Shown here: positions 1-9,220 of the stretch, one piece after another
How the letters are laid out: every line of letters starts with the position of its first letter
Numbering within the stretch: the stretch's first letter is position 1
From: Oscillospiraceae bacterium
Lineage (GTDB): Bacteria > Bacillota > Clostridia > Oscillospirales > Oscillospiraceae
Length of the DNA: 64,000 nt
Assembly (NCBI GenBank): GCA_015067615.1
Contig: SVMD01000012.1
Coordinates: 3,718-67,717 of the forward strand
Direction of reading: 5' to 3'
Notes under the pieces: generated by a model
The model's input: only the letters and a program-made list of their open reading frames with translations
What the model was told of the DNA's origin: nothing
The model's database searches: none
Translations under genes and position numbers: made by a program

Positions 1-265
1 GCTGGATGCGGCCGGTGGAGTCCTGCAGGTCGCAGAACATGACCTTGCCCTGGCCCCGCTTGGACATCAGGCGGCCGGCCACCTTGACAATCTTTCCCTC
101 GAAGCCTTCGTAATCGGCCTTGATGGCAGCGGAATCGGCATTGAAATCAAATTTGGTGATCTGGAAGGGATCACGGCCTTCAGCCCGGAGGGCCGCCAGC
201 TTGTCGCGGCGGATCTGGGCCTGCTCGGAAACAGGCAGCTCAGCCTGGGGTACAAACTTTGCCAT
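1..265 (-). CDS. lysS: Lysine--tRNA ligase (class II), N-terminal part; the gene continues past the left window edge
   Basis: My own reverse-strand translation from the ATG (complement of 263-265) gives MAKFVPQAELPVSEQAQIRRDKLAALRAEGRDPFQITKFDFNADSAAIKADYEGFEGKIVKVAGRLMSKRGQGKVMFCDLQDSTGRIQ. The VAGRxM..R..GK..F..LQD..GRIQ stretch matches the LysRS N-terminal OB fold. A greA-lysS neighbourhood is common in Firmicutes. It is absent from the ORF track because it runs off the edge. Confidence 0.8.
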   Translation of the reverse strand, partial: MAKFVPQAELPVSEQAQIRRDKLAALRAEGRDPFQITKFDFNADSAAIKADYEGFEGKIVKVAGRLMSKRGQGKVMFCDLQDSTGRIQ

Positions 266-267
266 GA

Positions 268-744
268 TTAGCCCTCACGAGTGACGCTGACCACCTTGCG
301 GGTGAAAGTGCCGGCGGGAGCGGAGTAGGTGAAGGTCTCGCCAGCTGCCTTGCCCACGATGGCACGGCCGAAGGGAGAGTCATCGGACAGCTTGAACTGC
401 ATGGGATTGGCTTCCTGGGAGCCGGTGATCTTGTAGGTGGTCTGGTTGCCCTTCTCGTCTTCAACAACCACGGTGCAGCCCAGGCCGACACGGCCGGAGG
501 CCTCGTTCTCGTCCTCGATGATGACGGCGTGGGACAGGATGTCCTCGATTTCGGCAATGCGGCCGTAGAGCTTGGCCTGCTCGTTCTTGGCGGCATCGTA
601 CTCGGAGTTTTCGGACAAGTCGCCGTAGGAGCGGGCTTCCGCGATCATGGCGGCAACCTCGCGCTCACGGGTGGTCTTCAGGTAGTTCAGTTCCTTTTCC
701 AGGTCGGCAAGACGCAGGCTTGTAATCTTAAATTCCTTAGCCAT
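268..744 (-). CDS. greA: Transcription elongation factor GreA
   Basis: The ORF 268..750 translation carries the GreA hallmark (GDLSENSEYDAAKNEQ) and a C-terminal FKBP-like domain. I chose the ATG at 744 (MAKEFK...) because of the AAAGGA RBS spacing; the track start at 750 is a TTG. Confidence 0.93.
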   Translation of the reverse strand: MAKEFKITSLRLADLEKELNYLKTTREREVAAMIAEARSYGDLSENSEYDAAKNEQAKLYGRIAEIEDILSHAVIIEDENEASGRVGLGCTVVVEDEKGNQTTYKITGSQEANPMQFKLSDDSPFGRAIVGKAAGETFTYSAPAGTFTRKVVSVTREG

Positions 745-841
745 ATTCAAAAATCCTTTCTTAGATAAAAGTTTCCATAGCTCCCTGTATTATAGGGCAT
801 TTATCCGAAACAGTCAAGGTTTTTTTGGGAGTTTTGCATAC

Positions 842-871
842 AAAAGGGGGAGCAGACAATCTCTGCTCCCC
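842..871 (-). terminator. Rho-independent terminator after the S41 protease gene
   Basis: GGGGAGCAG/CTGCTCCCC hairpin (847-855 / 863-871), followed on the minus strand by a T-run (A-run 842-845 on plus). Confidence 0.6.
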
Positions 872-876
872 TTTGC

Positions 877-2046
877 TTATTGGTTCAGCGCCTCAATGGC
901 AGCCTGAAGCTGCGGATCCTGGTAAGGCTCCAGCGTGCCTCCGTAAATGGCGATGGCGGTTTCCTCATCCACCGTTACCACCACATCCGGGGTCAGGCCA
1001 CCCACCTCCGCCAGGCTCACGCCCTTGGGGGTGAAGTACTTGCCTGTGGAAATGCCCGCGGCAGAGCCGTCCACCAGCTTGTAGGTCTGCTGGAAGTAGC
1101 CTTTGCCCACAGTGGGCTCGCCCACCACGATGGCATAGTCGTATTCCCGCAGAGCAGCGGCAAAGAATTCCGCTGCGGAGTAGCTCTCGCTGTTCACCAG
1201 CACTGCCATGGGAATTCCCTGGATACAGGCCGCATCAGAGACCTCCAGGTCCTCCTCGCCCTTGTAGTTCACAGCCCGGAACAGATCACCCTCAGGCAGA
1301 ATGTGGTCCAGCACGTCCACCAGCTCGGTGACATAGCCGCCGGGATTGAACCGCACATCGAAAACCAGCTTCTGCGCCCCCTGAGCCAGCAGATCGTCGA
1401 TCGCAGCGATGGTCTCCTGGGCGCAGCGGGTATCGAAATTGGCAATGGTGATCAGGCCTACCCTGCCCTCCAGCATCCGGGCAGTGGCCACGGGCGTATC
1501 CACACGCATCCGAGTGATGGTCAGGGTAATCTCCATGCCTCCCCGGTTCACCGTGATATCCACCGTGGTATTTTCCTCACCTTTAACCAGGCTGCTGGTT
1601 TCGTTTACATCCAGGCTGCGCACATCGGTTCCATCCACTGCCACAATTCGGTCTCCGGGACGCATACCGCCCTGGTCAGCGGGACCACCCTCGTTGACCT
1701 TTGTCACAAGGAAACCGTCCTGGTCCTCCGTCACCTGAATGGTCACGCCGATTCCCACATAGGAATTGGCCATGCGGTCTGTATAATCACTATACTCCGC
1801 CGCAGGGATATAGTAACTCCACCGGTCTCCAAGGGAATCGATCATGGCGGCAGCTGCGGCATCCTCCATGGCAGTCTGGTCCTTCTGGCCGATGAATTTT
1901 TCCAGAAGCAGCTGTTCCAGCTGCTCCAGCTTGGTAGGCCGGGCCTCTGCGCCGGGCCCCGGAAGCATATCAGATGCAGCCAGTGTCAGCATGGAGGCCA
2001 GCACAGCAACCACCAGATAGGACATAAATTTCTGAAATTTTTTCAT
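877..2046 (-). CDS. S41 family C-terminal processing peptidase (CtpA/CtpB-like) with a PDZ domain
   Basis: 389 aa with an N-terminal signal/TM (MKKFQKFMSYLVVAVLASMLTLAAS). It has a PDZ-like segment (GGPADQGGMRPGDRIVAVDG) and an S41 core (NSESYSAAEFFAAALRE...GEPTVGKG). Confidence 0.9.
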   Translation of the reverse strand: MKKFQKFMSYLVVAVLASMLTLAASDMLPGPGAEARPTKLEQLEQLLLEKFIGQKDQTAMEDAAAAAMIDSLGDRWSYYIPAAEYSDYTDRMANSYVGIGVTIQVTEDQDGFLVTKVNEGGPADQGGMRPGDRIVAVDGTDVRSLDVNETSSLVKGEENTTVDITVNRGGMEITLTITRMRVDTPVATARMLEGRVGLITIANFDTRCAQETIAAIDDLLAQGAQKLVFDVRFNPGGYVTELVDVLDHILPEGDLFRAVNYKGEEDLEVSDAACIQGIPMAVLVNSESYSAAEFFAAALREYDYAIVVGEPTVGKGYFQQTYKLVDGSAAGISTGKYFTPKGVSLAEVGGLTPDVVVTVDEETAIAIYGGTLEPYQDPQLQAAIEALNQ

Positions 2047-2107
2047 GGCTCATTACCTCATAGAAACTTTCCCACAGTCCGAAAACCCAGACTGTGGGAA
2101 AAGACGA

Positions 2108-3457
2108 TCAATACAGGGGAACGTAAGCTGCCGGATTCACATAGGAACCATTCAGCGCAATGCCGAAATGCAGGTGGGAGCCGGTGGAAATACCAGTGGA
2201 GCCCATGTAGCCGATCACCTGACCCTGGCTCACCTTCTGGCCCACGCTCACCGTATAGGTGGTCATGTGCATATACACCGAGGAGAAGCCGTCACCGTGA
2301 TTGATGGTGACATAATAGCCGGCGGAATTGGAATACCGGGCAATGGTCACAGTTCCGGATCGGGCGGCATAGATGGGGGTTCCCTCAGGTCCTGCCAGGT
2401 CAACACCCTGGTGGTAAGTAGATGCGCCGGCAGTGGGCGCGTCCCGGTCACCGAAAGGACTGGTCAGCTTGGTGTAGGTACAGGGCCGAATCCAGCCCTC
2501 CTTAGGCGGAGCCGTGGTTTCTGGAGGCTGGGTCGTCTCCGGAGGCTCTGTGGGATCCTCCCCGTCGCTGTCTGCGGGCTTTGTGGTCTCCTCAGAGGGA
2601 TCCGCGGGCTTCGTTTCAGGTGTTGTAGTGGTGGCAACAGTAGCGGTGGCTATATGGGCCAGCCACTCCTGATACTTTGCATCGTTGTATTCCTGTTCCT
2701 TTTTGGCGATCTCGGAGAGCAGTGCTGCCTCTTCCTGTTCGATGGCTTCATAAAGGCTTTCCAGGTCCGCAGCCTTTTCGATCAGTTCTGTCAGCGTGGC
2801 TTCCGCTTCCTTCTTTTTATCCGTCAGCTCTGCCTGGGTTTCATCCAGTTCCTGGCGGGTGGCTTCCATATCCATCAGTTCCGCCTGAAGCTCCTCCTTG
2901 GCAACCTGTACAGCATCTGCAGCCTCTGCAAGAGTCTGAAGACGCCTGCGGTCAGCGGCGGCAATCTCCTGGATCATATTCAGCCGGTCAAGAAGATCCG
3001 CAAAGCTGCTGGCTTTGAAGATAACCTCCCAGTAGGACATGGACCCCTCTTCCTCCATGATCCGGATCCGCGCCCGATGCTCCTCATTCACACTTAAATA
3101 GTGTGCCTGGGCCACGTCCAGCTCATCCTGTTTGTCTGCCACCAACAGGGCGAAGGCATTGATCTGCTGGTTCATCAGGTCTATCTCAGCACACAGGAGG
3201 AATATCTCATGATCGATCAGGACCTTTCTTGACACCAGGTCCGCGATCTCATCTTCATTTTGTTCGTACTGCGCCTTAAGGGAGTTCTTCTCCTCCCGGA
3301 TCATGCTCTGCTGAGCCTTCAGATCATTGATCTGGTTGCGGATCTCGCCGGAGGACGCGGCATGAGCCGCCGGGATCAGACTCAGGATCAGGCTCAGAAT
3401 CATCACCGCAGCCATAATTCCCGCCAGAATCGAGATCAGCTTTTTGCGATTTCTCAT
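2108..3457 (-). CDS. Coiled-coil M23 (LytM-type) peptidase, EnvC/PcsB-like, paralog 1
   Basis: 449 aa: signal/TM, then about 250 aa of heptad-rich coiled coil, a Pro/Thr/Glu linker, and a C-terminal M23 domain (HQGVDLAG...GSTGISTGSHLHFGI). Confidence 0.85.
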   Translation of the reverse strand: MRNRKKLISILAGIMAAVMILSLILSLIPAAHAASSGEIRNQINDLKAQQSMIREEKNSLKAQYEQNEDEIADLVSRKVLIDHEIFLLCAEIDLMNQQINAFALLVADKQDELDVAQAHYLSVNEEHRARIRIMEEEGSMSYWEVIFKASSFADLLDRLNMIQEIAAADRRRLQTLAEAADAVQVAKEELQAELMDMEATRQELDETQAELTDKKKEAEATLTELIEKAADLESLYEAIEQEEAALLSEIAKKEQEYNDAKYQEWLAHIATATVATTTTPETKPADPSEETTKPADSDGEDPTEPPETTQPPETTAPPKEGWIRPCTYTKLTSPFGDRDAPTAGASTYHQGVDLAGPEGTPIYAARSGTVTIARYSNSAGYYVTINHGDGFSSVYMHMTTYTVSVGQKVSQGQVIGYMGSTGISTGSHLHFGIALNGSYVNPAAYVPLY

Positions 3458-3501
3458 AGTGTTACTCCTCCCGGAATACCCCGGAGAACAGAAAGGGGTT
3501 A

Positions 3502-4746
3502 TCAGATATAGTTCATGGGGTTAACATAGCTGCCGTTGTAGGAAATGCCGAAATGCAGGTGGGGACCGGTGGAACCGCCGGTGGAACCCACATAGCCAAT
3601 GACCTGACCGGCAGTAACATACTGACCGGGAGAGACGATGAAGTGGGTCATATGCATATATACGGAAGAAAATCCGTCACCATGGTTGATGGAGACATAG
3701 TAGCCCGCACCGCCTGCCTGATAGGAGGCCGTGGTGACCTTACCGCTCTTGGCGGCATAGATGGGGGTTCCCTGGGCAGCAGCCATATCCACACCGTTAT
3801 GCATCTTCCATTTACCGCTGATGGGATGGACCCGCATGCCGAAGGGGCTGGTCAGAGTATAGTAAGGCACCGGGCAGACCCAGCCGGAGCTGGAAGGTGC
3901 GCTTGTGCTGGGGGTAGTGTCATTTCCGGGACGGGTGGTGGGCGGCACATAGGTTGCCAGCCATTCCTGATACTCCGCCTTCTTCAAATCCTTTTCCGCC
4001 TGGGCGATCTCCGCCATCAGCTCAGCCTGAAGGTCTTCAGACTCATCGATCAGCGCCTCAAACTCCTCGCCCTTGGCGATCAGCTGCCGCAGCAGTTCGT
4101 CCGCTTCAGCCCGCTTTTCCGCCAGTACGATCTGGGCTTCATCCAGTTCTGTGCGGGTCACTTCCAGGTCAGCCTTCTCATTGTTCAGCTCCTCCTGGGT
4201 GGTGGTCACCCGTTCGGCAGCCGCGGAAAGCTCCTCCATACGGCGCTTGTCCGAAGCGGCGATCTCCTGGATCATATTCAGCCGGTCCAGCAGGTCAGAG
4301 AAGCTGTTGGCCTTGAACAGAACCTCCCAGTAGGAGAGAGTGCCCTCTTCCTCCATGGCCTGGATCCGTTCCCGGTTCTTCTGGCTCAGCTCCGCCAGAT
4401 TCTCCTGTGCCTCATCCAGCTCATCCTGCTTGTCGGCGATCAGAACACTGTAGGTGGCGATCTGGGTGTTGATATTGCGGATCTGTTCGTTGAGAATGGA
4501 GATTTCCTGGTCGATCAGATTTTTCTCATCCACCATGTTGATCATTTCATTCTCATTTTCTTTGAACTGACCCCTCAGTTCATCCAGTTTTTCCTTCAGT
4601 TCGGCATTCTCTGCCTTCATTTCCTTGATCTGTGCCCGAATTTCACTGGAGGACGCCGCCTCAGCGGTGATGGGGAACATGGAAGCAGCCATCACGGCCG
4701 CCAGAAAACCTGCCAGAATGGATCTTCCAAATTTCTTGATTTTCAT
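3502..4746 (-). CDS. Coiled-coil M23 (LytM-type) peptidase, EnvC/PcsB-like, paralog 2
   Basis: Same architecture as the neighbouring gene, with M23 motifs HNGVDMAA...GSTGGSTGPHLHFGI. The start is set at MKIKKF (ATG 4746) behind a CAAGGAGA RBS. Confidence 0.85.
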   Translation of the reverse strand: MKIKKFGRSILAGFLAAVMAASMFPITAEAASSSEIRAQIKEMKAENAELKEKLDELRGQFKENENEMINMVDEKNLIDQEISILNEQIRNINTQIATYSVLIADKQDELDEAQENLAELSQKNRERIQAMEEEGTLSYWEVLFKANSFSDLLDRLNMIQEIAASDKRRMEELSAAAERVTTTQEELNNEKADLEVTRTELDEAQIVLAEKRAEADELLRQLIAKGEEFEALIDESEDLQAELMAEIAQAEKDLKKAEYQEWLATYVPPTTRPGNDTTPSTSAPSSSGWVCPVPYYTLTSPFGMRVHPISGKWKMHNGVDMAAAQGTPIYAAKSGKVTTASYQAGGAGYYVSINHGDGFSSVYMHMTHFIVSPGQYVTAGQVIGYVGSTGGSTGPHLHFGISYNGSYVNPMNYI

Positions 4747-4780
4747 ATGTATCTCCTTGAAAGGGGTGCGCGGGGATGAA

Positions 4781-5668
4781 TTATACATCCATAAACTTGC
4801 GGATAGAGGTCCAGCTGCCCACGATGCCGACGAACATACCGGCGGCCACGAAGGTGATGATCATGGGAATCAGCAGGGTATCAAAGGGAACCAGCTTGAA
4901 CAGGTTCAGAGAGTCCGCCGCAGAGATCTTTTCCACCAGGGCATCATACATCATCCACTCCAGGCCAAAAGCCAGAGCGGCACCCATCATACCCAGGGTG
5001 AAGCCCTCCACCACGAAGGGCAGGCGGATAAAGCCGTTGGTGGCACCCACCATTTTCATAATGGCGATCTCATCCTTGCGGTCGTACATGGCCAGCTTAA
5101 CGGTGTTGGAGATGATCAGCAGGGACACGATCAGCAGCACGGCAATGATGGCAACAGAAACGATCTGCAGCACATCCTCGATGGTGGTAAAGCCCTCGGC
5201 CAGCTCATACTCAGCATCGGTCTTGGCAACGCCGGGAATCTCCTGGATTGCAAGATCCGTCTGCTTCATAAGCCGGTTGTCCTCCAGAATCACCACGAAC
5301 CGGTGGCGAAGGTCAGAAGCGGCCACGCCGGAGAAGGCGGGATCGTTCTCATGATCCTCGATGAAGTTCTCCAGGGCTTCCTCCCGGGAGACGAAGGTGG
5401 ACTGAAGCACATTGTCCAGCAGATTGATCTTGGTGCCGATGGAACGGGCCTCCGCATCGGGGAGGTTTTCATCCACATAGACCAGGATCTCATTGGTTTG
5501 GTTCAGCTCTTCCACCATAATGCTGACGTTGTAGGTCAGCAGAGAGAAGCTGCCCACGATAACGAGACACGCCACGGTGACGCACACGGCGGCAAAGGAC
5601 ATAAAGCCGTGGGTAAAGATGCCACGGACACCTTCCTTCAGAAGGTACGCAAGGTTATTAAGCTTCAT
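4781..5668 (-). CDS. ftsX: Cell-division ABC permease-like protein FtsX
   Basis: Typical FtsX layout: TM1, a large extracellular loop and three C-terminal TMs. It overlaps the ftsE stop by 11 nt. The start is set at MKLNNLAYLL. Confidence 0.88.
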   Translation of the reverse strand: MKLNNLAYLLKEGVRGIFTHGFMSFAAVCVTVACLVIVGSFSLLTYNVSIMVEELNQTNEILVYVDENLPDAEARSIGTKINLLDNVLQSTFVSREEALENFIEDHENDPAFSGVAASDLRHRFVVILEDNRLMKQTDLAIQEIPGVAKTDAEYELAEGFTTIEDVLQIVSVAIIAVLLIVSLLIISNTVKLAMYDRKDEIAIMKMVGATNGFIRLPFVVEGFTLGMMGAALAFGLEWMMYDALVEKISAADSLNLFKLVPFDTLLIPMIITFVAAGMFVGIVGSWTSIRKFMDV

Positions 5669-6344
5669 GGCCGTAGTACGCCTCCAATCCGTCATTGACG
5701 ATGACGCCGTCGTTGATGGTGATGACACGCTTGTTGAAGCTGTCCACCAGATTCTGGGCATGGGTGACCACCAGCATGGTGGTGCCCAGGTTGTTGATCT
5801 GTTCCAGCAGACTCATGATCTCGAAAGACATCTGGGGATCCAGGTTGCCGGTGGGCTCGTCGGCGATGATCATGGAGGGGTTATTCACCAGAGCCCGGGC
5901 AATGGCAAGACGCTGCTGCTCACCGCCGGACAGCTCACTGGGATGGCGCTTTTCCTTGTCGGAAAGGCCAACCAGGTCCAGAACGTAAGGCACCCGTTCC
6001 CTGATCTCCTTCTCCCGGGCGCCGATAACGCGCATGGCGAAGGCCACATTCTCGTAAACGGTCATTTTGCTGATCAGGCGGAAGTCCTGGAACACGACGC
6101 CGACGGTGCGGCGCATATAGGGAACCTCACGCTTGCGGATCCGCTCCAGGGAATAGCCGTTGACATGGACGGTGCCGGAGGTGGGCTTCAGCTCACCGGT
6201 GATCAGCTTAATGATGGTGGACTTGCCGGAACCGGAGGGGCCCACCAGGAAACAAAACTCGCCGTCCTCAATCTGCATGGTCACGCCATTGAGAGCATTA
6301 TTGCCCTCATGATAGGACTTGACTACATCGGTAAATTCAATCAT
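5658..6344 (-). CDS. ftsE: Cell-division ATP-binding protein FtsE
   Basis: Walker A GPSGSGKST, signature LSGGEQQR and Walker B IIADEPTGNLD, about 228 aa. It sits immediately upstream of ftsX. Confidence 0.93.
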   Translation of the reverse strand: MIEFTDVVKSYHEGNNALNGVTMQIEDGEFCFLVGPSGSGKSTIIKLITGELKPTSGTVHVNGYSLERIRKREVPYMRRTVGVVFQDFRLISKMTVYENVAFAMRVIGAREKEIRERVPYVLDLVGLSDKEKRHPSELSGGEQQRLAIARALVNNPSMIIADEPTGNLDPQMSFEIMSLLEQINNLGTTMLVVTHAQNLVDSFNKRVITINDGVIVNDGLEAYYGHEA

Positions 6345-6583
6345 ATATATATATCTCCTGTTCTGGGAAAAGGGCATAGTATCCCTATAAAATCCCACAG
6401 TGTAACCGAATTGTAACACGTTGTAAGAAGAATGTCAATCCAAAAGCGGTATATTCCGTTCCTCGTCCTTGAAATTTACAATTTCTCTATAATTTATTCA
6501 CAGACCAAACGGGTTAATCATCCCATACTGACGCCAGTTATTACCTTTTCGACTGTAAGACGCCTCACAACGGGATACGTTAC

Positions 6584-6615
6584 AAAAGGACTGTGCGGTA
6601 AAATCCGCACAGTCC
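6584..6615 (-). terminator. Rho-independent terminator after the PucR-type regulator gene
   Basis: GGACTGTGCGG/CCGCACAGTCC hairpin (6588-6598 / 6605-6615), with an A-run at 6584-6587 that reads as a T-run on the minus strand. Confidence 0.6.
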
Positions 6616-6643
6616 TTTGGTTATTCAGAAATCGTCCGAAAAA

Positions 6644-7732
6644 TTATCTGGTTTCCCGGCTGCTGAGGTATTTGCGGACCATCAGGGCCACCTTGAAGAC
6701 GATGGCGTGGTCGAACTGGCGCAGATCCAGGCCGGTGAGCTTCTTGATCTTCTCCAGGCGGTACACCAAGGTGTTGCGGTGGACGAAGAGCTTCCGGGAG
6801 GTCTCGGACACGTTCAGGTTGTTCTCGAAGAACTTGTTGATGGTGAACAGGGTCTCCTGGTCCAGGGAATCGATGGAGTTCTTCTTGAACACCTCGCCCA
6901 GATAGATCTCGCACAGGGTGGTGGGCAGCTGATAGATCAGACGGCCGATACCCAGGTTCTCGTAGTTGATGATGCTCTTCTCGGTATCAAAAACCTTGCC
7001 CACATCGATGGCAGTCTGAGCTTCCTTATAGGAGTCAGCCAGCTCTCGCAGATGCTCGGCCACGGTACCGATACCAATGACGGTGCGGATCCGCAGCTCG
7101 TTCTTCAGGGTCTCCTCGATGCCGGAAGCCAGCTTTTCCAGCTCCTCAGCGCTGCCGGAGCCGCTGATCTGCTTGACCACGGCAATATCGGTCTCGTTGA
7201 TGGACAGAACGAAGTCCTGGAGCTTGTCGGGGAACATGCCGGAGAGCACATCCACCGTGGCCACATCACCGTGGCCAACCTGCCGGATCAGGAACACGGC
7301 CCGGGGAGCGTCGGTGGCAAAGTGCAGCTCTTTGGCGCGGATGTAAATATCACCGGGCAGAATATTGTCCATGATGATGTTCTTCACGAAGGTGCCGCGG
7401 TCGTGCTTCTCTTCGTAGAAGGTCTTGGCGTCGTTCAGGGCGATGTAAGCCAGCTGGCAGAAGCCCCGGGCTGCCTCGTCATCGCCGGTGCAGAACACCG
7501 CGTATTCGAAGAAGTTGGAATTACCGACAATGGCCTTGAAGGTCTTCTGGGCAAAGGTCACAATGCTGTCGGAGGCATTGCCCACCTTCAGGGCAGCATC
7601 TGCCCAGCGCTCGCCCAGCAGGGACACATCGGTGCTGGAAACCACGGTACCTTCCACGTCGATAACGCCGAAGGAGCGGTCAGAAATTTCTTTTAATTGT
7701 ACGATAACACTCTGAAAAACACTGTTGGACAT
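6644..7732 (-). CDS. PucR/CdaR-family transcriptional regulator
   Basis: C-terminal PucR-type HTH (NVSETSRKLFVHRNTLVYRLEKIKKLTGLDLR) and a CdaR-like N-terminal/GGDEF-like middle region. The start is set at MSNSVFQ behind a GGGAGG RBS. Confidence 0.8.
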   Translation of the reverse strand: MSNSVFQSVIVQLKEISDRSFGVIDVEGTVVSSTDVSLLGERWADAALKVGNASDSIVTFAQKTFKAIVGNSNFFEYAVFCTGDDEAARGFCQLAYIALNDAKTFYEEKHDRGTFVKNIIMDNILPGDIYIRAKELHFATDAPRAVFLIRQVGHGDVATVDVLSGMFPDKLQDFVLSINETDIAVVKQISGSGSAEELEKLASGIEETLKNELRIRTVIGIGTVAEHLRELADSYKEAQTAIDVGKVFDTEKSIINYENLGIGRLIYQLPTTLCEIYLGEVFKKNSIDSLDQETLFTINKFFENNLNVSETSRKLFVHRNTLVYRLEKIKKLTGLDLRQFDHAIVFKVALMVRKYLSSRETR

Positions 7733-7788
7733 TTTCCAGGCCTCCCTATAATCATGCACAAATGCGCATTTCACAAAATAACACCATT

Positions 7789-7817
7789 ATTATACATAGC
7801 TTTTGCGCATTTTGCAA
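7789..7817 (-). promoter_or_regulatory. Putative sigma-A promoter of the PucR-type regulator
   Basis: The minus strand reads TTGCAA-17 nt-TATAAT (complement of 7812-7817 and 7789-7794). GCGCATTT-type motifs lie around it (see finding). Confidence 0.45.
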
Positions 7818-7943
7818 GTACCTTTTGACATTTTATTGCAAAATAGGCGCACTTTTTTATGTATTATTCCAACCGCAACCACCTTTTCAATGCTGTGCAA
7901 TCGTTTTTGTTGATGCAAAATGACTGTTTACGGCCCTTTGTGT

Positions 7944-8645
7944 CTACATTTTGTCCAAACTGGAAATTTCTTCCTTGGAAAGTTCCCTTACTGCCCCCCG
8001 AGGCAGATCGCCCAGGGTCAGGCCGCCCTCCTGCCGCCGTTCCAGGTAGAGAACGGTCATGTTCCGGGATGCCATCATCCGCCGCACCTGGTGATACTTG
8101 CCCTCACAGACGGTGATCAGGCTCTCCCCCGGCCCCAGTGGCTCCAGCTTGGCACTCAGGCAGTTCAGCCCGTCCCGGAGGGTCAGGCCTGCGGCGAAGG
8201 CGGCGATGTCCGCCTCCCCTGCCGTGCCCTCGTGCCTTGCGTAGTAGACCTTGGGCACTTCCTTTTTAGGGGAAATCAGCCGGTGGAGCAGGTCGCCGTC
8301 ATTGGTAAAGAGGAGCAGGCCCTCGGTTGCCTTGTCCAGGCGGCCCACGGGCTTCAAGTCAAGATGCTTATATTCCGGGGGCAGCAGTTCCATGACGGTG
8401 CGGTCATTTTTATCCTCCGTGGCGGTGACAAAGCCCTCGGGCTTATTCAGCATCAGAACTACCCGCCGCTTACCGCCCAGGGGTTCCCCATCCAGGCAGA
8501 TGACCTGCACATTGGGATCGATTTTCCGGGCGCTGTCCTTTTCCGGCTTTCCGTCCACCGTGACCCGGCCGGATTTTAAAATGACCTTCACCTGGCTGCG
8601 GGTGCCGACACCGCTGTCGCACAGGAATTTATCCAGTCGTTCCAT
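7944..8645 (-). CDS. Pseudouridine synthase, RsuA/RluB family, with an N-terminal S4 domain
   Basis: 233 aa with an S4 RNA-binding start (MERLDKFLCDSGVGTRSQVKVILKSGRVTVDG) and the catalytic GRLDKATEGLLL motif. Confidence 0.88.
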   Translation of the reverse strand: MERLDKFLCDSGVGTRSQVKVILKSGRVTVDGKPEKDSARKIDPNVQVICLDGEPLGGKRRVVLMLNKPEGFVTATEDKNDRTVMELLPPEYKHLDLKPVGRLDKATEGLLLFTNDGDLLHRLISPKKEVPKVYYARHEGTAGEADIAAFAAGLTLRDGLNCLSAKLEPLGPGESLITVCEGKYHQVRRMMASRNMTVLYLERRQEGGLTLGDLPRGAVRELSKEEISSLDKM

Positions 8646-8719
8646 GTTTCCTCCGTTCTTTTCCTACCTCAGCGGACATAGGCTACCATACCTACTATCA
8701 ACTACGGGAGGGATAAAAT

Positions 8720-9220
8720 ATGATGTTTATGACCGCAAGGGTCGACTTAAAAAAGATTCTTCTGATTTTGGGGATCATTGCTGCGGTGATCGCCGGGATT
8801 CTCTGGATCACCGGCGGCGATGAGGACGTGACCACTGCCGCCCCATCTGTGGGCACCAACGAGGGCCGGGTAAAGTTTTTGCAGGACTTCGGCTGGGAGG
8901 TGGCCGCTTCCCCGGTGGAAAGCAGTCAGGTGAAGATTCCAAAAGAGTCCAGCGAGGTCTTCGAGCGCTACAACAATCTTCAAAAAAGCCAGGGCTATGA
9001 CTTAAGCCGGTACGCCGGGAAGAACGTGATGCGCTTCGTCTACAAGATCACCAACTACCCCGGTGCAACAGAGCCGGTATATGCAACACTGCTGGTCCAT
9101 AAGGATCAGGTCATCGGCGGCGATATTACGGATACTGCCGCAAAGGGTCAGATCCGGGGCTTCAAAATGCCCGCGGGCACAGAGCAAACCGCCCCCAGTG
9201 AGACTGCAGCAACACCGTAA
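8720..9220 (+). CDS. DUF4830 domain-containing membrane-anchored protein
   Basis: 166 aa with an N-terminal TM. The FLQDFGWEV...YNNLQKSQGYDLSRYAGKNV pattern is typical of DUF4830 as I remember the family. A good RBS (GGGAGGG) precedes it. Confidence 0.7.
   Translation: MMFMTARVDLKKILLILGIIAAVIAGILWITGGDEDVTTAAPSVGTNEGRVKFLQDFGWEVAASPVESSQVKIPKESSEVFERYNNLQKSQGYDLSRYAGKNVMRFVYKITNYPGATEPVYATLLVHKDQVIGGDITDTAAKGQIRGFKMPAGTEQTAPSETAATP

Noticed and set aside
2069-2100. The hairpin TTCCCACAGTC...GACTGTGGGAA between the M23 gene and the S41 protease gene as a terminator.
   Set aside because: No U-run follows it on the transcribed (minus) strand. It more likely acts as an intercistronic stem-loop within one operon, and the support is too weak to annotate.
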